Shown: positions 44,887 to 53,868 of the stretch, in pieces
Layout: each line of letters starts with the position of its first letter
Numbering within the stretch: position 1 is the first letter of the stretch
NCBI GenBank assembly: GCA_000432575.1
Contig: HF996832.1
Location: 4,632-68,631, forward strand
From: Clostridium sp. CAG:762
GTDB lineage: Bacteria; Bacillota_I; Bacilli_A; RF39; UBA660
Reading direction: 5' to 3'
DNA: 64,000 nt
Translations under genes and position numbers: made by a program
Notes under the pieces: generated by a model
Database searches by the model: none
Told to the model about the DNA's origin: nothing
Seen by the model: only the letters and a program-made list of their open reading frames with translations

Positions 44887-47349
44887 ATGAAAGAATATTA
44901 TAATAAAATAAAAGAAGATAAAAAGAAACTATTAATCTTAGAAATATTAGGAGTATTAATTTTATCTTTAGGCTTTACTTTAGCATTAAATTATGTTTCA
45001 AAAAAAATAAATACGTCTTTAATCTCGGCTAATATTAATGTAGTATATACAGGAGATAGTACAATTACTAAAGATTTATTCTTACCTATTAAAGAAAATG
45101 AAATAGAAGAGTATGGTGCAGTAGCAAATTTTACAGTAAAAGGTGCTGAGAATAATGTTACAGATAAAGATATAATATATGATATTACATTAACTGATAT
45201 TGATATAACAGATGGATTATTGGATGAAAACTTTAAATTTCAATTATTAAAAAATAATACAATTATAAGTGAAGGTAATTTTAGTAGTTTACAAGTAGAA
45301 AAAACAGAAGAACAATATAAGTATTATCAAAGAGCAATATTAAATGAAAATGTTATGAATTTACCTAAATATAATGAAACCCCAGATAGTTTTCAACTTA
45401 GAATATATATCTTAGATAATGGATTAGATCAATCTAATTTAATGGGACAAAGATTTAGAGCTAAAGTTGAAATAGCTACTTATACTTCAAAAGGTTTTAC
45501 TGATAGAGATAGATATACTAATCTAATAACCAGGAAGTGTCCTATTAGTACAGCAACACCAGTATATGTAGATAATTCTGGTGCTAATGCTCCTGTATTA
45601 GCAGAAGGTATGATACCTGTTGTGTATGATGATGAATTAGGTATCTGGTTAAAGGCCGATACTAATGCTGGCTGGTATAACTATGATGATAAGATTTGGG
45701 CTAATGCTGTTATGGTTAAAACTAGTGCTATAAAAGGAGCAGAATGTTCTAAATCAAGAGAAGATTATATTGAGGCTAAACCATACACTCCAATTATGGA
45801 AGATGATATATTAGCATATTATGTATGGATACCGAGATATAAATATAAATTATTTAATGTGTCATATTCTAGTGTTGATTCCCAACTAATAGATGTAGTA
45901 TTTGAAAGTGGAACATCGACTACAGGAACAGTAACATGTACAACAAGTGGAATAGGAGTTGAAACATGTACAAATAAAAGTAATGGTAATTATTATACAC
46001 ATCCAGCATTTACGTTTGGAACTCAAGAATTAACTGGTATTTGGGTAGGAAAGTTTGAAACAACGGGTAATGATACAACTCCAACAATAAAACCTAACGT
46101 AGCATCATCATGTTGTCAAAATGTATCAACACAATTTACAATATCACAAATATTTAATACAACAAATTATTTAACAACAAATGGAACAAATCAAACAGAT
46201 GCTCACATGATGAAAAATATTGAATGGGGAGCAGTTGCATATTTAAAACAAAGTAAATATGGATTAGGTACTACTGATATAGCAAATAATAATAGTTCAA
46301 GTTATACAACAGGAAGAAGCACAGGAGATCCTACTGTAACTAGTAATACTAGCGAAGGAACATATAAATATAATGAACCAAAGATAGAAAAAGAATTGAT
46401 TGAAGGTACAGGAACAGAGTTAACTATAGCAACACCGGCAAGTGATAGTACTTATACTTGGACTAATATAGGCACTAATGATAGTCCAATATGGAAAAGC
46501 GCTAACCAAGGGGTTGCAAGTAGCAGTACAACTTTAACTTATGCTTTTACATTGACTGGACAAGGTGCATTGTCGTTTGATTATAGTGTTTCAAGTGAAA
46601 GTGCTAGTTATGATTATTTATACTATACAATAAAACAAGGTGATAATATAATAGATAGTACAGGAACATCAACTAAAATAGGTGGAACGAGTTATGGAAC
46701 AGCTGATGCAAGCATGACGTATGTATCAAAAATACATATATTAGAAGTAGGAACATATACTTTAGAATTTACATATAGAAAAGACAGCTCAGCTGATAGT
46801 GGAACTGATTCAGGATATGTAAAAAATGTGAAAGTAATAGATGGAGCCGAAGCAAGAATTACATATTTAATAGAACAAGGGGGAGGAGCAGCCTCTACCA
46901 CAGGTAATGTTACTGGGATTTATGATATGGCAGGCGGTTCATGGGAATACGTAATGGGAGTAATGCAAGATAATACAAGCAGAAGAAGTCCAATGTCAGG
47001 ATATACCACAGAATATAATTCAGGATACATAGGAAAAGTAGGAAGTAGTTATACAGATTCAGGTAACACCTTAGCATTTCCAAATACTAAATATTATGAC
47101 TTATACGCCAATGGTTCTACATACGAAGATCAAACGGCATATAATAGGAGTCATTTTGGGGATGCTACAGGTGAAACTAGGAGCTGGTATAGTGATTATG
47201 CTAATTTTATCAATAATGATAGTCCTTGGTTTGTACGTGGTGGAGCCTATAACAATGGTTCTAAAGCTGGTGTATTTATCTTTAGCAGAGCCTATGGTAC
47301 CGGTAGTGAAAATACTGGTTTTCGTGTCGTGCTTTCCACTACAAAATAA
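44887..47349 (+). CDS. Large membrane-anchored surface protein with an FGE-sulfatase/SUMF1-like domain split by a jelly-roll-like insertion
   Basis: TM anchor. YVWIPRYKYK, GIWVGKFETTGN, NIEWGAVAYL, then TGIYDMAGGSWEYVMG, FVRGGAY and GFRVVL, which resemble FGE-sulfatase blocks. An inserted LSFDYSVSSES..YDYLYY...YTLEFTYRKDSS..SGYVKNVKV segment is also present. Confidence 0.6.
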   Translation: MKEYYNKIKEDKKKLLILEILGVLILSLGFTLALNYVSKKINTSLISANINVVYTGDSTITKDLFLPIKENEIEEYGAVANFTVKGAENNVTDKDIIYDITLTDIDITDGLLDENFKFQLLKNNTIISEGNFSSLQVEKTEEQYKYYQRAILNENVMNLPKYNETPDSFQLRIYILDNGLDQSNLMGQRFRAKVEIATYTSKGFTDRDRYTNLITRKCPISTATPVYVDNSGANAPVLAEGMIPVVYDDELGIWLKADTNAGWYNYDDKIWANAVMVKTSAIKGAECSKSREDYIEAKPYTPIMEDDILAYYVWIPRYKYKLFNVSYSSVDSQLIDVVFESGTSTTGTVTCTTSGIGVETCTNKSNGNYYTHPAFTFGTQELTGIWVGKFETTGNDTTPTIKPNVASSCCQNVSTQFTISQIFNTTNYLTTNGTNQTDAHMMKNIEWGAVAYLKQSKYGLGTTDIANNNSSSYTTGRSTGDPTVTSNTSEGTYKYNEPKIEKELIEGTGTELTIATPASDSTYTWTNIGTNDSPIWKSANQGVASSSTTLTYAFTLTGQGALSFDYSVSSESASYDYLYYTIKQGDNIIDSTGTSTKIGGTSYGTADASMTYVSKIHILEVGTYTLEFTYRKDSSADSGTDSGYVKNVKVIDGAEARITYLIEQGGGAASTTGNVTGIYDMAGGSWEYVMGVMQDNTSRRSPMSGYTTEYNSGYIGKVGSSYTDSGNTLAFPNTKYYDLYANGSTYEDQTAYNRSHFGDATGETRSWYSDYANFINNDSPWFVRGGAYNNGSKAGVFIFSRAYGTGSENTGFRVVLSTTK

Positions 47350-47418
47350 TAAAACAACTGCCTATATTGTCCCTTTTATGGTATAGGCATGAGTCAAACA
47401 CCGACTCTAAAATTGTTA

Positions 47419-47461
47419 CCTTATATGAGTACAGTAATAAGGGATATCTGTACTTTTTTTT
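47419..47461 (+). terminator. Terminator of the surface-protein locus (copy 2 of the 42-nt repeat)
   Basis: AGTACAG-13 nt-CTGTACT followed by T8. Confidence 0.85.
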
Positions 47462-47505
47462 ATCATTTTGTAGTATTTGGAATATTATAATATTGGGTGA
47501 ATACT

Positions 47506-47793
47506 ATGAATAAATATAAGAATAAGATATTATCACATATTTCAATTATTTTTTTATCTTTGTTTTTAATTTTATTAATTAATGGTTATTTCTTTTTTAT
47601 ACCATTTATTATTTTTATGATAAGTAGTAGTTTATATATTATTAATATTAAGAATAATTATAATAATAATAATAATAATATAGATAATAATATTATTTTG
47701 GATAATAGAGAGGAAAAGAGTTATATTAAAGAAATAACATTAGTTAGAAATAGAGATTTAAATAAAAAAAAGAAGCGGGTATTACACCGCTAG
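47506..47793 (+). CDS. Small two-TM protein with a poly-Asn tract
   Basis: 95 aa. ATG 47506 follows GGGTG. (AAT)6 encodes the N-run. The stop overlaps the convergent rnhC stop. Confidence 0.4.
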   Translation: MNKYKNKILSHISIIFLSLFLILLINGYFFFIPFIIFMISSSLYIINIKNNYNNNNNNIDNNIILDNREEKSYIKEITLVRNRDLNKKKKRVLHR

Positions 47794-48734
47794 AAGATTC
47801 TTTTAGTATTGCTAAAATTAAGTTTTGCTATTTCTTTTAATTTTTCTTTACCATATTTTTTAACTATTTTAATGGCTACATCATCTACTATATCACTAGC
47901 CCCTTTGGGAATAAACATACCTAGTTTGTCTCCCATTTTATTTATTTCTTTAATGAAGATGTATCTGCTTATTAGACTAGAGCAAGCAACACTTAGTACT
48001 TTGTCTTCGGCTTTAGTTAAGAAGGTTATATTAGTAACTTTATTTTTGGCTTTTTCTATGTATTCATAATATTTATTTGGTTTACAGAATTGATCTACAA
48101 CAACATAATCAGTATCATAATTTTTGTTTGTTAGTTCATATAGTGCTTTGTTATGTAAAATAGCTTTCATTTTATTTAAGTTCATATCTTTATTGTAATA
48201 CTTATTGTAATCAAGATTATTTAAAATGATGGTTTGATGTGGTATTATATTGATAAACTGTGGTACTATTTTAAGAATCTGTTCATCTAATAATTTTTTG
48301 GAATCTCTAACACCAAGATTATGTAATAGTTCAATATTATCTTTGTTTACATAAGATGCTGTTACAACTATCGGGCCAAAGTAATCTCCTGTTCCTACTT
48401 CATCAGAGCCGATGGAATTTATTTCTAAAGGTAGAGTTATTTCTTCTTTTTTTTCTTTTTTTGGTTTTTCTTCTATATCATCGCTTATTATTTCGTAGAC
48501 ATCATTATTTCCTTTGTTTATTTCTTGCCACATTAAGGAATCTTCTTTGGCATTAGATCCTTGAAACATGGCTTTGTTGGATTCATATAGGGTTATAATA
48601 GTTCCAGCTTCTTCGGCTTGAAATATTGCGTAGGGTGGCGTTTTTATTCTTAGTTTATCTTGATAATAGACTATCATTTTTTCTTTAGTTTCATTATTTA
48701 CTTTAAATACTACTGTGTTATTCTTTTTTTCCAT
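47790..48734 (-). CDS. rnhC: Ribonuclease HIII
   Basis: GSDEVGTGDYFGPIVV catalytic block and an N-terminal TBP-like domain. ATG 48734 follows AAAGGTGA. Confidence 0.9.
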   Translation of the reverse strand: MEKKNNTVVFKVNNETKEKMIVYYQDKLRIKTPPYAIFQAEEAGTIITLYESNKAMFQGSNAKEDSLMWQEINKGNNDVYEIISDDIEEKPKKEKKEEITLPLEINSIGSDEVGTGDYFGPIVVTASYVNKDNIELLHNLGVRDSKKLLDEQILKIVPQFINIIPHQTIILNNLDYNKYYNKDMNLNKMKAILHNKALYELTNKNYDTDYVVVDQFCKPNKYYEYIEKAKNKVTNITFLTKAEDKVLSVACSSLISRYIFIKEINKMGDKLGMFIPKGASDIVDDVAIKIVKKYGKEKLKEIAKLNFSNTKRIF

Positions 48735-48830
48735 TAAAATCACCTTTAATTTATTTTATCATATTTTTGTTATTTTTTCTTTATTTTTTCTAAAATTTAG
48801 TATATAATTTTATTATAAGGTGAGTGAGTT

Positions 48831-49538
48831 ATGAATATTATTGATGCTGTTATTATATTATTTTTGTTACTCGGGGCTGTAGTAGGATTTAAGCAAGGTG
48901 TTTTGAAAAAAACAGTTAGTTTTGCAGGTCTTTTGTTAATTATTATTTTATCTTTTAGTTTAAAGAATTATGTTTCTGTTTTAATGTATGAAAATTTACC
49001 ATTTTTTAATTTTTGGGGACTTTTAACAGGACTTGAAATTTTAAATGTTATTTTATATGAATTAATTGCTTTTTTACTTGTTTTTAGTATATTATTTATT
49101 ATATTTAAAGTAGTTGTAGCCATTACTGGAATAGTTGAAAAAATACTTAAGATGACAATTATTTTAGCAATACCTTCTAAGTTACTGGGAATGGTTGTTG
49201 GTTTTTTAGAGTATTATATTATTGCTTTTGTGGTTTTGTTTATTTTAACTCAACCTATATTTCATATAAGTATTTTAAATGATTCAAAGTATAAGGATTT
49301 TATTTTAAATAATACTCCAATTGTTTCTTCCTATGCTAAGAAGACTTTAAAGACTTATAAAGAAACATGGGATATTATTAAGAAACATGATAATGATAAT
49401 ACGGTAGATATTAATACTAGTTTACTTGAGGTTATGCTAAAGAATAAGATAATTACGGTTGATAGTACGGAGAAGTTAATTAAAAAGGATAAATTGCATA
49501 TTAAGAATCAAGATGTTATTTTAAATAAATATAAATAA
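48831..49538 (+). CDS. cvpA: CvpA-family membrane protein
   Basis: MNIIDAVIILFLLLGAVVGFKQGVLK N-terminus and four TM helices. Divergent from rnhC, as in Bacillus. Confidence 0.8.
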   Translation: MNIIDAVIILFLLLGAVVGFKQGVLKKTVSFAGLLLIIILSFSLKNYVSVLMYENLPFFNFWGLLTGLEILNVILYELIAFLLVFSILFIIFKVVVAITGIVEKILKMTIILAIPSKLLGMVVGFLEYYIIAFVVLFILTQPIFHISILNDSKYKDFILNNTPIVSSYAKKTLKTYKETWDIIKKHDNDNTVDINTSLLEVMLKNKIITVDSTEKLIKKDKLHIKNQDVILNKYK

Positions 49539-49582
49539 CTTATACTGATAACAGTGTAGCAAAGGAAGAAAGAGGAATAAAA

Positions 49583-50119
49583 ATGGAACAAATAATAATG
49601 GATAAGATTGATAAGGGATGTATGCCAACATATGGAAAATATGTAAAGGAACAATTAATCGGGGCTATTGTAAAATATGCTAAAGATGGTGATATTAGTT
49701 CTTTTAGTAATGATTTTAATTCGAGAAAATATATAGAGGAAGTAGGAGTTTTGGGATTTAGACAAGCTTTACTTGAACATGTTGTTAAATTAGATGCTTG
49801 TTTAGGTATTACTAATTTTAGATTAATTACTGATTATGATAAAAATTATAGGAAGCATTCTGTGGGGGAAACAGAACTTAGAATATATGAGACTTTGTCT
49901 TTAGTAACTGAGGATGTATTTAATGATAAGGCGATAAATGATGCTTATAAGATTATTACTAAAGATGGGGTGGCTTTATATAATTTAGCTAAATCTTTTG
50001 TAGAAATAAGGTATGAAAAGGCTTTAAAAGATGAATTAGATACATCATATTTATTTAGTGATGTTCATAAATCTATTATTTGGAAGATTGAAGAACATTT
50101 TAAAAAAATGTCTAATTAG
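49583..50119 (+). CDS. Hypothetical protein (178 aa)
   Basis: ORF with RBS AGAGGAA. No recognisable motif. Confidence 0.45.
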   Translation: MEQIIMDKIDKGCMPTYGKYVKEQLIGAIVKYAKDGDISSFSNDFNSRKYIEEVGVLGFRQALLEHVVKLDACLGITNFRLITDYDKNYRKHSVGETELRIYETLSLVTEDVFNDKAINDAYKIITKDGVALYNLAKSFVEIRYEKALKDELDTSYLFSDVHKSIIWKIEEHFKKMSN

Positions 50120-50181
50120 TGTCAACTACTATTGTTTTTTTACTTTTTTTGTAGTAAATTGATAATAGGGAGTGTGATACA

Positions 50182-50382
50182 ATGATATATCCATCTATTG
50201 ATAAAATATTAGGCATCATTGATTCAAAGTATGAACTTGTTCATATCGTGGCTGACCGCAGTAAGGAGATGGCTAGAACTGGTTATTATCAAATGAATGA
50301 GAAGGATTATAAATCTAAAAAAAATATCGGTAGGGCTTTAGAAGAAGTGTACGAAAACTTAATTAAAGTAAATAAGAATTAA
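50182..50382 (+). CDS. rpoZ: RNA polymerase omega subunit
   Basis: 66 aa. The pattern YPSIDKILGIIDSKYELVHIVADRSKEM is typical of RpoZ. Confidence 0.85.
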   Translation: MIYPSIDKILGIIDSKYELVHIVADRSKEMARTGYYQMNEKDYKSKKNIGRALEEVYENLIKVNKN

Positions 50383-50408
50383 GTTTTTTCTTCTCTTGGA
50401 GGTGAGTT

Positions 50409-51158
50409 ATGCAAATAGTTAGATATCAAAAAGTTGGTAAGGATAAATATAAAATATTTTTAGATAATAAGGAAACTATTACTTTGTATGAGAATGTTAT
50501 TTTAGCAAATAATTTACTTTTAAATAAAGAAATTGATAAAGAGAAACTTGATATTTTGATTAAACAAAATGATATAGAAGATTTATATAGTAAGGTATTA
50601 TCTTATATAGCATATCGTATTAGAAGTGTTAAGGAAGTAAGAGGTTATTTGGTAAAAAAAGGGGCTAATGAGTATTTAACTGGTTATATTATTGATAAGT
50701 TAAAGAAGACTGGTTATTTAAATGATGATTTGTTTTGTAAGTATTATATTTTAGATAAGATTAATCTTACTTTAGATGGGCCTTTTAAGATGAGAAAGTA
50801 TTTGCAAGATAATGATATTTCTAATGAAACAATAGATAAATACTTGAATAGTTATGAGGATAATTTTAAGGAAAGAATAGATAAGTTAATAAATAAATAT
50901 TTGAAGTTAAATAATAAGTTGTGTGGTAAAGCTTTAAAAACTAAGATTTATAATAATTTAGTTAATCTAGGTTATGATAAGAATATGATTCTTAGTTTAA
51001 TTAATAATTATGATTTTAACAATAATAGTAATGCTAAGAAGATATATGATGATTTGTATAAAAAATATTCTTCTAAATATGAGGGTTATGAGTTGGATAT
51101 GGTTATTAAGCAAAAGATGTATCAAAAGGGCTATAATATGAATGAAATTAATATGTAA
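50409..51158 (+). CDS. recX: RecX-like regulatory protein
   Basis: 249 aa with three helical repeats of the type S.KE(V/L)..YL.KKG. RBS GGAGG. Confidence 0.65.
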   Translation: MQIVRYQKVGKDKYKIFLDNKETITLYENVILANNLLLNKEIDKEKLDILIKQNDIEDLYSKVLSYIAYRIRSVKEVRGYLVKKGANEYLTGYIIDKLKKTGYLNDDLFCKYYILDKINLTLDGPFKMRKYLQDNDISNETIDKYLNSYEDNFKERIDKLINKYLKLNNKLCGKALKTKIYNNLVNLGYDKNMILSLINNYDFNNNSNAKKIYDDLYKKYSSKYEGYELDMVIKQKMYQKGYNMNEINM

Positions 51159-51271
51159 AATAAGTGTCAATTATGATACTTTTTTCCTTTTTCTATGAGA
51201 TAATTATTAAGAAGATATAATGAATAAACAAGTTTTTGGTATTATGTAGGAGTATAGGAGTAGGTAGTAAA

Positions 51272-51925
51272 ATGATTAATAATTTGGTATTTAAATTCGC
51301 GGCAATGAATGCTGGTAAGACAATGAGTATTATAGCAACATATTATAGTTATAAAGAACAAGGGTTAGGAGATAAGGTATTGTTAATTAAACCTGGTAAG
51401 GATTCTAAGGGCAATAAAAATATTATTTCAAGGAATGGTAATACAATACCAGTAGATTTTCTTATTGAAGAGCATGATAACATATGCGAAAAGTTAGCTT
51501 ATACTTTAGTTACTAAAGATATTAAATGTATTTTAGTGGATGAGGCACAGTTTTTGAAGGAAGAACATATTAAACAATTAACTGATATTGTTGATTATCA
51601 TAATGTAGATGTTATTTGTTATGGTTTAAGAGCAGATTTTCAGGGAAAGTTATTTCCAGGAAGCATTGGCTTATTTGAATATGCAGATATTATAGAACCA
51701 CTTGATTTGAAGGCAAGATGTAAGTGTGGATGTATAGCCATTATGAACACAAGGAAAGTAGACAATGAATTTGTTTTTGAAGGAGAACAAGTTGCTATTG
51801 ATGGGGAGTCTAATATTAGTTATGAGTCTTTATGTAGGAGATGTTATAAGGAAGAACATAAAAGGTATTTAGAAAAACACAAGGTAAAAAAGTTAGTTTT
51901 AGAGGGAATTAAGAATGATAATTAA
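51272..51925 (+). CDS. tdk: Thymidine kinase
   Basis: FAAMNAGKT P-loop, VDEAQF, and the zinc ribbon CKCGC...CRRCY. Confidence 0.93.
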   Translation: MINNLVFKFAAMNAGKTMSIIATYYSYKEQGLGDKVLLIKPGKDSKGNKNIISRNGNTIPVDFLIEEHDNICEKLAYTLVTKDIKCILVDEAQFLKEEHIKQLTDIVDYHNVDVICYGLRADFQGKLFPGSIGLFEYADIIEPLDLKARCKCGCIAIMNTRKVDNEFVFEGEQVAIDGESNISYESLCRRCYKEEHKRYLEKHKVKKLVLEGIKNDN

Positions 51926-53711
51926 TGATAAGGTATGGGGTAATATTAATATAGAAAAAAGATATGAGTGTATTGTTAATTCTAAGGAAGTAAGTAATTT
52001 AAAAAATAAAAAACAGTTAGGGATGGTTTTAAGTAATAAAGCTATTCATACTAGGTTTGATCATTCTCTTGGGGTATATTATTTAGCATGTAAGTTAGTT
52101 AATATAATTAAAGGTAAATTAAGTAATTATATTGATATAAGTAAGTGTGATGAGGATGCTATTAAAATTATGGCTTTGGTGCATGATATTGGACATGGTC
52201 CTTTTTCTCATTTAGCAGAAAGGCTTTTGGATGAGAGCCACGAGAATAATACGGTTTCTTTACTTAAGAATAATACTGATATTCATAATATTATTATTAA
52301 TAATTTTGGTAGGGAAGTATTAGATAAAGTAATTTATTTAATAGAACTAAAGGAAAAAGTTAAAAATAATGGTGCTGATTATGATAATTTAGATATTATG
52401 TTTATTATATCTAAGTTACTTTCTGGTGGTATTGATATAGATAGATTAGATTATATAGCAAGGGATTCTTATTATGTAGAATCTTATAAATATGATTTTT
52501 CTAGTATTTTAGATTATATTAATTTAGATTATGTTGATGATTATTTAGAAATTGTATTTGATGAGGAGAGCGAGTATTTAATTGCTAATTATCTTAATAA
52601 AAGGTATGAATTATATGATACACTTTATTTGAATGATAAAAAATCTATTATAGAGAGTGCTTTAGATAAATTAATTACTTATTTAGATTATAAAATATCT
52701 TGGAATAGTGATGAGGATAAAATACTTGAATATATTAAGGAAAGATCAAAAGAGAATGATTTATATATTAAAAGATTGAGTGATATTGTTTTAAATAAGA
52801 AGATAGATGATAATATTAAATATTTAGTATTTGATAATAAGAAGTCTTTTGATTATTTTTTAAATAAGATTAAAAATAAGCATAATGATTTAGATTTGAG
52901 TAAGTGTTTATTTACTACATCAAATAAATTAAATATATATAGTAATAAGAATAGAATATATATAAATAAAAAAAATATGATAATGGATATGCATGAGTGT
53001 CCTATTTTAAATTCTAATTTGCAAAGGGAAAAATATATCGTGGCAATAGATTTTATGTTACTTACATATTTAAGTGATTATAATAAGATAGATATGATAC
53101 ATGAATTAGAAAATGAATTTTTGCCTCAAGTAGAATTTGAAAAAAAATATATGTATATAGATAATAATTTAATTAATCAAACAAAACAAGGTATGGTTAA
53201 TTATTTAAAGTTAAATATTCCTATTTATTTATCTCATAGTGATGTTTATTATGATTGTGATAATAAATTAAAGGAAAGGGGTATTACGTTAAGAAATAGA
53301 GTAATAAATGATAATAGTATATGGAATATTAAGGAGAGAGTTAATGATAAATCTTCTATTACTAAAAGATTAGAATTAACATTTGATAAGATAGAGGATG
53401 CTATTAAGTATTTAGAAGAGGTAAAAGGTATTTGTATTAATAAATTAGATATTTTATATAATAGTACTACTTTAAGGGAGTCTTATTTGTTAGAATATTT
53501 AAATAGTATTTTTGAGATATCTTTTGATAAGGTTATATTTGATAATAATAAGAATGTTCTTGATATGATAGAATGTGAACTTAAAAAGGGAGTACCAACT
53601 GATTTATATTATTTAAATAGATTAATACATGATAATTTTGATAATTTAATTGATTGTGCTAATTCTAAGAGTGAAATGCTTACTAGTAAGATTAAGGTTA
53701 GAACTAGATAG
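51915..53711 (+). CDS. HD-domain dNTP-triphosphohydrolase-like protein (SAMHD1/EF1143 type) fused to a C-terminal CYTH (triphosphate tunnel) domain
   Basis: HTRFDHSLGV, LVHDIGHGPFSH and IDIDRLDYIARDS (aa ~45-185). The C-terminus has VEFEKKY (ExExK), ITLRNRV, WNIKER, RLELTF, RESYLLEY..FEISFDKV and MIECELK (aa ~405-598). Shares an 11-nt overlap with tdk. Confidence 0.8.
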   Translation: MIINDKVWGNINIEKRYECIVNSKEVSNLKNKKQLGMVLSNKAIHTRFDHSLGVYYLACKLVNIIKGKLSNYIDISKCDEDAIKIMALVHDIGHGPFSHLAERLLDESHENNTVSLLKNNTDIHNIIINNFGREVLDKVIYLIELKEKVKNNGADYDNLDIMFIISKLLSGGIDIDRLDYIARDSYYVESYKYDFSSILDYINLDYVDDYLEIVFDEESEYLIANYLNKRYELYDTLYLNDKKSIIESALDKLITYLDYKISWNSDEDKILEYIKERSKENDLYIKRLSDIVLNKKIDDNIKYLVFDNKKSFDYFLNKIKNKHNDLDLSKCLFTTSNKLNIYSNKNRIYINKKNMIMDMHECPILNSNLQREKYIVAIDFMLLTYLSDYNKIDMIHELENEFLPQVEFEKKYMYIDNNLINQTKQGMVNYLKLNIPIYLSHSDVYYDCDNKLKERGITLRNRVINDNSIWNIKERVNDKSSITKRLELTFDKIEDAIKYLEEVKGICINKLDILYNSTTLRESYLLEYLNSIFEISFDKVIFDNNKNVLDMIECELKKGVPTDLYYLNRLIHDNFDNLIDCANSKSEMLTSKIKVRTR

Positions 53712-53868
53712 AATGATATTATAATTAAATTTATTTTTATTACTGATAACAGCATAGCAAATGCAGATAAAAAAATGTCAATTATGTCAAATATTTTAAA
53801 AAAATATTGATTAGGATTAACTATTTTGTTAAAATGGAAAAGTATTATTTAAAGGAGATGAAAAAAAT

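Noticed and set aside
44887-45000. The N-terminus of the 820-aa protein (KKKLLILEILGVLILSLGF) as a prepilin signal.
   Set aside because: It has a Glu five residues into the hydrophobic stretch, but no Gly (or Ala/Ser) at the -1 position. It is more simply a signal anchor.
47096-47386. A 96-aa ORF overlapping the 3' end of the 820-aa gene.
   Set aside because: It is an alternate frame of a well-supported gene. The main frame carries the conserved RGG and GFR blocks.
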